Origin: Zygnema circumcarinatum SAG 698-1b
Lineage: Eukaryota; Plantae; Zygnematophyceae
Assembly (NCBI GenBank): GCA_037447605.1
Contig: CM074813.1
Coordinates: 2,914,001 to 2,978,000, forward strand
Reading direction: 5' to 3'
DNA length: 64,000 nucleotides
Below the pieces are notes generated by a model. The model had not been told where the DNA came from, did not search any database, and worked only from the letters and a program-made list of their open reading frames with translations. Within the stretch, counting starts at the first letter, position 1; each line of letters starts with the position of its first letter. Below are positions 56,089-64,000 of this stretch, in pieces. Both the position numbers and the translations under genes were made by a program.

Positions 56089-58918
56089 TCATCTTTGCTC
56101 ATCCTTGTACAAGCAGTCAGGCAGAACAACACACGGAATTGTATTCGCCACATGAAGGTTTTCCGACTTTTGAAACTTCAGCTTGATAGCGAGGAGCCGC
56201 CCCCCAGCTTCATGATTTTCACACATGCGTTTGTGGATTGCATGCATGCCCTGCAGCAGCAGATCAGGCACACACATGAGAGCATGAGAGGGCCTTGCGC
56301 CGTCAGATTGCAAAGCAGACAATCGAGTGTGTGCTTATCTAATCATGCAATCACAGAAAGCAAGGGAAAGGAAGAGAGAAGAGTGCATTCGCACTCACCT
56401 CAACTGCCTCCCTGAGTTCAAAAGGTGTGTAGCCAGTCCATTCCTGCATGAAAATTTGCAATACATCAGCGTTCAATATCATGGCTCCTGTTCAAGATCG
56501 CTTCATGATATCATGCTGCATAAACCATCAAATGCACCTATGCAAGGGGAAGGAACGTTTATTTATTATTTAAAAACAACGAAGAAACTCTAAACAAGCG
56601 TAGAAGCTGCGGTTAAAGTCAAAAGGGCTGCGCTGAAGGCTGAGGTATACCTGCAAGGTTACATTCCATGGCTCCTTCCCGAGCGTGTGGCCTGCTAGTA
56701 GTACAGCTGATGCAGAAACCAATGATGGCTTGAACTTTAGAAAATTGTACTCGAGGAGCGTCAAGGATATCAGATACTCTGCGAGCTTCTCCATGCGGCA
56801 GTCCGCACCAGCAGCTTTCAGATAACGCCTGCGAAAAAGATTTAAAAAAAAATTACAGCTTGAACCAACACGTAGTCACAACCTTCCTCGCAGGCCTTGA
56901 TCCTTCATTTACACGCTGGATCCATTTGAAGGCTAAATCAGGGGAGTCCTCACCAGATGAATGTACTTGCAGTTGGAATGGCACATCGAAAGTTTAATGT
57001 TTTCAAGACCATGGCCTCCATCGTTACCACTTGCGCCTGTGTGAAAGTTTCCTCAGCAACTTCACAGCAGTCGCACAACAAGCTGGAAATCACACAAGGC
57101 CAGAACTACATCAGTACAATAGGACAATGAGAATTCTGAACACCCGAAGTTTAGACAGCTTGACAAATGCATCCATTAACAGAGCAAACAAAGAAATGCT
57201 GCAAGACTTACTTCGAAGGTTTTGATTCTTCAAATTTGATGGCGATGAGCATGCTGGCCATTCCCAAGAGCTGCAGCGTGCTCCGTTCAACTTGCGGCCC
57301 GTCAATCAAAAACGCATCAAGTAATGCGACTCCGAGAAACAGCGTCTCCACGTGGAGGTCAAATACCTCCGCAAACTGCCAGGAAGGAAAGTGAAACGTG
57401 CATTCAGATCACCATTTGCGGTGGTCTCAACTTGATAAAGCAATGCAAAGGAGCCTGCTGGTAAGCAGAATCTTGTAATCGGTATCTCCTCAATCAAGCT
57501 CGAGTTTGCGTTGCCTAAAAAATCAGTGGCTATATCAGAAACACAGGGTAGCAAGTGAACCTTCAATCTTGACAGCCTGGTGTTCTGAAAAAAAAAAAAA
57601 AAAAAAAACTCGCGACGTCTGCAGATGCATTTCAACAGACACAATTAAAAGTTCAAGTGACAGCGGGCACAAGGACTTGCCATTCAGGGGAGTCAAAGGA
57701 CTCACCTCGACCAGCCAATTTACCATAAGTCTCCGATGATTGGCACCAAGAAAAGGCTGATGTGCCTCCAGATAACCCCAAGGACTCTTGAACTTTGTTT
57801 CAAGTATCTTCAAGTTATCGTATATATCCTTTTCGTAAACTCCGCAAACCTGCAAGAAAGGATATCCAACATGACTTAAGAAGCCGTTGAATGAAAACAA
57901 AAAAAAACTGAAGCAAATTCTACTTTCGCGGGATTATGCACGGAGAAAAAGTGCGCACGGTCAAGCCGGCAACACGGTCATAGAATCGCTGTGACTGGTA
58001 TGAATCATTACTGCAGCTGAAATCAGAATCCTCGTATCATCATCAGATAACTGCTGTTTGTTTGTGCTGCTTGTGGTTGTGCGCATGCTTCATTACCTCA
58101 AACGAAGGATGTGAAGGCCGAGTGGTGCTGGAGACTCCATCTGTTCCTGTGCTGGAATTAGGCTCTCGCTCCGTCGAACTCCAGATACAGCCTACTGAAT
58201 AAGATTTAGTCCTGTTCTGGTAACTGAAGCCCGTGGAATATTGCGACTGCGCTAACTTGGATGTGGTCTTTGCGTGCACTTCACTGACTATAGATATCGA
58301 ATCATCCTCCCCTTCCTCATCGTCAAGCTCCTCCTGGCAGCTGACGCCATTACCAGCATCCAACCGTGGAGTATTGACAGCAGCATCAGACTGCAAAGCG
58401 TTTTCACTCTCAGGGACATGGAAGCTGAAATCTACAATGCTCCCGTTGGAAGAAGACGTGTTGGCGGTCGCACACCTTGCATAGCTTCCACTCTTGTAAA
58501 TTGGAACATGCCGTACACTATTGGCGGCTGGAGTCGAGCTTGCATGGTCTGAAGTAAGCACAGAACCAGCTTCAGATGCTTGAGACCACGCGTAGTGAGT
58601 ATCAGCAGAAGAACTCATTTCGGCGTTTTTCAGCCGCTTTCTCAACCCCGTTGCAGCAACTACAAGTGGAGGGGGAGCAGCAAATTCCATGGTCTCAACC
58701 TTCCGCTTCTGGTTGCGTGTCATCACTCCAGAAACAACGCCATTGCATTGTGCTCCGCCCTTTCCCGGTCGGCACTTGGCCATGGCGTCTTCAGGTGTGT
58801 CCGCCTTCCCTTCCGCACCTTCACCATGCCTTGCTGCTTGCGCAATCCTCGCTGCACTGCGCGTATTGTACCGAGGACAATGCGTAAAATTCGCAACAGG
58901 CGCCTCGTCTGGAGTCAT
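56089..58918 (-). CDS. A/B-class cyclin with SDS-like signatures, about 547 aa; exons 58918-58097, 57849-57706, 57375-57212, 57082-56954, 56828-56651, 56443-56399, 56250-56089
   Basis: DIYDNLKILE..YLEAHQ..HRRLMVNWLVE|FAEVFDLHVETLFLGVALLDAFL..LQLLGMASMLIAIKFEE..VVTMEAMVLKTLNFRCAIPT..YLKAA..LAEYLISLTLLEYNFLKFKPSLVSASAVLLA; all phases are consistent. Confidence 0.92.
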
Positions 58919-59676
58919 GGCTGCTGACAAGACGAAAAATCACATGCTATGCATACTGCTGCTGCTCCTCCTGCTGCTGCTCCTGCTGCTGAAGGCTGCT
59001 GACACGCATTGCGGAGGCATCATATCAACACCAGTTGCCATATCAAACATCAGTCAGAAAATAATCCTTGTCTTGCATCAAGAGGAAGCAGCCACGGCAT
59101 AATATGTCATGCCATCCCATGCCATGGCTTCCTCCTGCAAGCCTGCCTGCCTCCTGCAAGAGCACTGCAGCTGCAAGAACTGGGCCTTGAGCCTTGGACC
59201 TTAAGGGGGCGCCGTCAAGAGGGCAAAAATCAGGTACGGCAACGTACCCCACCAAATGTCAAATGTTTTGGACGCAGGGAAAAAAAAAAAAAAAAAAATT
59301 TGACGGACGGAACCAAAAACCAAATATCTCTCCCCGAGGCGCTTTTTGACCGCAAGTAGCTTTTTTTCCAATTATTTTTTTCTGATATTTTTAGGGGTCC
59401 TCGACTTTTCAATTGCATCCTCGCGTTCACACAGTTCTGAATCAGTTCTTTTCAATGTCCCACGCATATTAAAAATTGTTCTTAAAAAGTACTGATTACG
59501 ATTTGATTCAGGAAACCATGAAACTTGTCCGAAAAAGTACAGAAGAAGTCTTTTTCGTACATAAGCCTTTATAGTTACGTCAGAAAATGTCGGTGTATTT
59601 GTCAGCTAGCTCAGTAAAGTACAAAACTCGTACAGTCACATTTTGTCGTATTTAATCTATCTGCACTGTTCATTTT

Positions 59677-60358
59677 GGGGGCGACTATTTACAGTGTACT
59701 TTATTCTGAATGTAGTGTACGATTTCGCGGGGCAGCAAAAAAAGGTTTTTTCTGGCGAAAAATGCTGTTTCACACTTCTCAGAATAGATACAGACCTTTT
59801 TTCGTCGGATGTACGGATGGTGATTTGAAATGTACGAAGCGCGCGCGTCTACAAGGTATACGAGCGCAACACGTGGAGCGACATGATTGGTCGCGGCAAT
59901 ATATGACGTGACAAGAATGTTGGAACCGTGACGTGACGAAACGAGACGCGACAAAGGTGGAGTCCGCGGACGGAATTAAAACTGACAGATTTTTCCTGAA
60001 ACATGCTACGTTATGTGCCCTATCTTTTTTTGTCAGTTTGAATTCCCGCCATTTCCGACTGCCGTCCGCGGACTCCACTTTTTCGCGTCTCTTTTCGTCA
60101 CGTCACGGTCCCAAACATACTTGTCACGTCATATATTGCCGCGACCAATCATGTCGCTCCACGTGTTGCGCTCGTATACCTTGTAGACGCGCGCGCTTCG
60201 TACATTTCAAATCACCATCCGTACATCCGACGAAAAAAGGTCTGTATCTATTCTGAAAAGTGTGAAACAACATTTTTCGCCAAAAAAAACCTTTTTTTTG
60301 CTGCCCGGAAAAAACGTACACTACATTCAGAAAACGTACACTGTAAATAGTCGCCCCC
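59677..60358. mobile_element. Mutator-type non-autonomous foldback (682 bp, about 310-bp TIRs, 9-bp TSD)
   Basis: GGGGGCGACTATTTACAGTGTAC... / ...GTACACTGTAAATAGTCGCCCCC with near-identical inverted arms. GTTCATTTT is duplicated at 59668-59676 and 60359-60367. Confidence 0.93.
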
Positions 60359-60731
60359 GTTCATTTTTGTCTTATTACGCAAGTGGAAGTTTTCCCCGTC
60401 CAAACGAGGAAATTTCGGGACCAAAAAGTACAATGGAAAAAATGCCCTCAGCAAAATACAAAAACAAAAACCGTACTCACCTTCAAATACTGGCTGTCGT
60501 GGCGTCCGCTGAGTTGTTAGAACCCGTGACCTGACATAAAGTACAATGACAGCAGTCCCTGGGAAGATCCGGTCAGACCTTTAAACCAATCTCGGAAAGT
60601 CGCCCATGTGAAACGGACGATCCGATCTGAAGGGGACGCAGATCCGACGGTCGAAGTTGGCGCAGGGCCGCAAGGGACCGCAAGACCAGGGCTCGGGCGG
60701 GCAATCGTCGCTCCATGTTGACCCCGTTCTG

Positions 60732-60830
60732 GTTCTAATGAACGGTTCTCGTTCCAGTCCTGTTGAACGATCAAGTTGTAGTTCTGTTGAACGGTTCCCG
60801 TTGCAGTTCTCTTGAACGTTTCTCGAAGCA
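60732..60830 (+). repeat. Four imperfect 24-25-bp tandem units (GTTCTGTTGAACGGTTCTCGTT..)
   Basis: Units at about 60732, 60757, 60781 and 60806; two contain AACGG. Confidence 0.6.
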
Positions 60831-61737
60831 GGGAACACGGAGGTGCTGACAAACCACTGTCAAATGGCATGAATTGTGACAATGTGGTCTGCCACTGCTA
60901 CGAAGGAAGATGAAGATGGCCGAGGAGGCAAGTTATCCACTTCAAAAATTTCTGGGTTCACTGCAAAATGAAGATATGGTTGAAGTGCTGCATGTCATGA
61001 TTTTGATAGTTTACGGGCCAGCCATTCTCTTTCCAAAATGAAGTTAAAATGAAAAAGAAAAATGTTTTCTTCCATAAAGAGCTGAAGTACCTTGAATATT
61101 ATCACCAGCTGCGTTGCGCAAGACGAGGGAAAAAGGAGAAGAGAATGGGAGTAGAAAATGGAAGAGGGAGAGGGAGGGAGAGGGAGAGGGAACGGGAGGG
61201 AGGGAGGGAGAGGGAGAGCGAGACGGAACGGGAGGGAGGGAGGGAGAGGGAGAGTGAGGGAGAGGGANNNNNNNNNNAGGGAGAGGGAGAGGAAATGGGA
61301 GGGAGGGAGGGAGAGGGAGAGGGAACGGGAGAGAGAGGGAGGGAGAGGGGGTGTGAGGGAGAGGGAGGAGCGGGAGGGGGAGAGTGGGAGAGGGAGAGGG
61401 AGAGTGAGGGAGAGGGAGAGGGAGAGTGAGGGAGAGGGAGAGGGAGAGTGAGCGAGAGGGAGAGGGAACGGGAGGGAGAGAGAGGGAGAGGGAGAGTGAG
61501 GGAGAGGGAGAGGGAGAGTGAGAGAGAGGGAGGGAGTGGGCGAGAGTGGAGAGGGCATAGTTCCACAAGATCGCCGCTTTATTGCAATGTCACTCAGTTA
61601 CACTCACCACAAGTTCATCCCCTTCAACATCATTCGAGGAGGGAGACCGACCACCCCCCTCCTCGAGTCAACCCAAACACCACCCCCCAACTAGACTAAT
61701 CTTCTATTTTATTTTCCACCGGCATCGTCAAACCCTT

Positions 61738-63438
61738 TTAGTTTTCTAAAAAAATCCCATTTGCCGATGGAGCCTCCATAACGCTCCCATTTTCCACCCC
61801 CCCCGGTAACTGCGTTCCGTCACCAGGAACTGTTCCATTCTCCTGTACCTTCCCTAAATCCGTCCCACAGATTCCGTCCCTGTTTACGGCAGTTGCGTTG
61901 CATGGAACTCCCACACCCTTCTCCTCCTCCCCCTTACTCCCCTGCTCATGGGCTTGGGCCGAGACAGGTGTCACCACGCCATTGGCTGCAGCCCCCCCCC
62001 CTCCTCCGTGCCCTAAATCCGACGGTCGAGGGAGCCCCGGGGACCTTCTTCCTGGAAGCGAAGCCCTCATCCGGTTGCCACCTGTCCACTTTTCCGCCCC
62101 CCGAGACAAAAGGAGGGCAGGATGCGGCTGTGGCGGAATTTCCGCCAAATTTTGTTTCTTTTCAGTTTCCTCATCTCCCTCACTCCGTACCATCACCTCC
62201 CTTTCCGAAGCTTCTAGAGCCGCCCCCTCTCCAATAGGGAGCTCTGCTTGAGAAACACCTTCTCTTGTCACGTTTTTGGCGGCCGAAACGGAGACCCCTG
62301 ATTGGCTGTCCACATTTTTCGCCTGTTTTAATGCAGTAGTTCCCCTCCCCGACGAAAGCAAGAGTGGGCTGACTCTCTGTACGTTTCCCACACCGTAACT
62401 TCCTGGAAACCCCTCTCCCCCTCTCTTCCCTCCTCTCCCTCCTCCTCCTCCTCCTCCTTGCCCTCTCGCAGCAGCAGCAGCCATGGCTGCCGCCTTACCC
62501 ACTCCCCCCCCTCCTCCTCCTCCTCCCCCTCCCCCTCCTCTCCTTCCGTCCCCTCCGTTCCCGGCGAATCGGACGCTGCCACCTGTCCCTTTTTCCCCCC
62601 GCCCGGGTGACCCTGAAGATGACCCCCCTCCCATGTGGTGTACTACCCCCCCTTGAGCTGCCATTAGGAGGGAGGCTGCAGCTGAGGCAGGTGCTATCCG
62701 AGCCCCTGCTGCTACAGCAGCCGCTTGCACCATAGGGTCCGGCCCGGTCAAGAAAGGTCCTGAAGGACCGAGACGGCCTGATATCATTGGCTGCTGCTGT
62801 CCAGGTGTCCGCATCTGATTGGACGCTCTCTGGGAAGCTCCTGGAGAGTTCGACCGACCGGAGTGTCCTTTCTGCGACTTTAATGCTTGAAGGCCGGGAT
62901 GGGGTTGCACAGCTACTGGAAATGAGTCATTTCGTCGCGACATGAGCTGCTGCTGCTGCTGCTGCTGCGACGAATCGGAGGCCGCCACCTGTCCATACGC
63001 CTGCCCCAAATGATGATGTGACTGGTAGCCACCTCCCCCACTACCGCCACCGTAATGAGCTGACGAAAAGAAGGCCCCGGTAGAGCCTCCCACAGAATGC
63101 GACAAAAAGGTCTGTTGTCCTGTAGCCCCTCCAGTGTTGGTCCGTGCCTCGGTGGCTGAGGAATTGTTGCCTCGGGATGCTCCAAAATAGGACATATCAG
63201 CGAATGAGGCACTGACACCTGGCTCTGAGGCAGCGGCTGAGACCCTGCCACCTGTCCCTGCAGGGGAGCCTCCTGATTGGTTCGATCTCCCTCCGCCTCC
63301 GCCCTGTAAAGCATTTGCTCTGTTTCCAAGCCTGCCTGCCATTCCCTTGAAACTGCCACCTGGCGCAAGATCATTGGGCAGCCGGAGTCGATGCAGAGGC
63401 CCTCCCTCCTCCTGCTTCCGGCGGAGAACGGAATACCG
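61738..63438 (-). CDS. Last exon of a DRMY1/At1g09710-like single-Myb protein (5' part outside the window)
   Basis: Acceptor CATGCAG|CGG gives RYSVLRRK, resembling the end of a Myb repeat (QRWxxIRR). The 567-codon exon contains DPMVQAAAVAAGARIAPASAAASLLMAAQ..VHH, the conserved DRMY1-family motif. Confidence 0.75.
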   Translation of the reverse strand, partial: RYSVLRRKQEEGGPLHRLRLPNDLAPGGSFKGMAGRLGNRANALQGGGGGRSNQSGGSPAGTGGRVSAAASEPGVSASFADMSYFGASRGNNSSATEARTNTGGATGQQTFLSHSVGGSTGAFFSSAHYGGGSGGGGYQSHHHLGQAYGQVAASDSSQQQQQQQLMSRRNDSFPVAVQPHPGLQALKSQKGHSGRSNSPGASQRASNQMRTPGQQQPMISGRLGPSGPFLTGPDPMVQAAAVAAGARIAPASAAASLLMAAQGGVVHHMGGGSSSGSPGRGEKGTGGSVRFAGNGGDGRRGGGGGGGGGGGGVGKAAAMAAAAARGQGGGGGGGRGGKRGGEGFPGSYGVGNVQRVSPLLLSSGRGTTALKQAKNVDSQSGVSVSAAKNVTREGVSQAELPIGEGAALEASEREVMVRSEGDEETEKKQNLAEIPPQPHPALLLSRGAEKWTGGNRMRASLPGRRSPGLPRPSDLGHGGGGGAAANGVVTPVSAQAHEQGSKGEEEKGVGVPCNATAVNRDGICGTDLGKVQENGTVPGDGTQLPGGVENGSVMEAPSANGIFLEN

Positions 63439-64000
63439 CTGCATGGAAAAGGTAGAACGAGAAGGAAACTTAAAGTGGAGAAAAAACGGATGACCACGTG
63501 TGAACGAAGAGTTGCAGGGTTTATAAAAATGTCAGAAAGTGGAGCTTCCCAATAGATCTTGCCCAAATTTTCAACCCACAAAATGCCCAGCCTGCACCCC
63601 CACACTCTCAACGACCATGTGGTTTCCTCCCTCCCACAAGTTCCCACTTTTTTTCCTCCCTCTCCTGCTCTTCCTCCCTCCTTTCCCTCCTGCCTTCAAC
63701 CACCTCAGTCCCACCGCAAAACGCCCTCCCCCTCCCTCCTTCCCTCCCTTCCTCTCACTCCTCCATCTCTCTTGCTTCCCTCCGTTCCCCTCTTCCCTCT
63801 CTCTCCCTTCCTCCCTTGACGCCCCCCCACTTCAACCAACAAAAAACCCCCCCACTCTCACTGTTCCCCCCATCCTCCTTCCTTCTCCCTCCATCTCCTT
63901 CCCTCGTCCTCCACATCCCTCCCATCCACTCCCTTCCCCTCCTCTCCCTTTTCTCTCCTTCTCCCTCCACCTCCCTCCCTCCCTCCCCCTCCCTCCCCCT

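Overview
Eukaryotic, intron-rich nuclear DNA from a green plant. The gene set includes streptophyte-type GUN1, pTAC2, RH50, CRL, DXO1, DDR4 and a DRMY1-like gene. The GA/CT-microsatellite-filled introns and gene divergence suggest a streptophyte alga rather than an angiosperm (inference). Most long ORFs in the track are microsatellite artefacts, so I rebuilt the genes by hand-splicing at GT-AG sites with consistent phases. Gene order: GUN1 3' end (+), DDR4-like DDT protein (-), DXO1 (+), uncharacterised 230-aa LURP/tubby-like protein (-), RH50 (-), pTAC2 (+), CRL (-), NSE4 (+), F-box/kelch (+), a 111-aa N-myristoylation-motif RING-HC protein invisible in the ORF track (+), an SDS/A-type-like cyclin (-), and the 3' exon of a DRMY1-like Myb protein (-). 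Five of the first seven genes have Arabidopsis counterparts tied to plastid gene expression, biogenesis or retrograde signalling. Non-coding structure: an intronic (TTAGGG)~42 tract, a separate degenerate 7-mer telomere-like satellite, GTAC and TTGACC arrays with ~10-bp periodicity, dense G-box clusters, a Mutator-type foldback with a 9-bp TSD whose loop matches a DXO1 intron segment, and a pogo-like MITE nested in a second long-TIR foldback. All homology calls come from recalled family motifs, not database searches.
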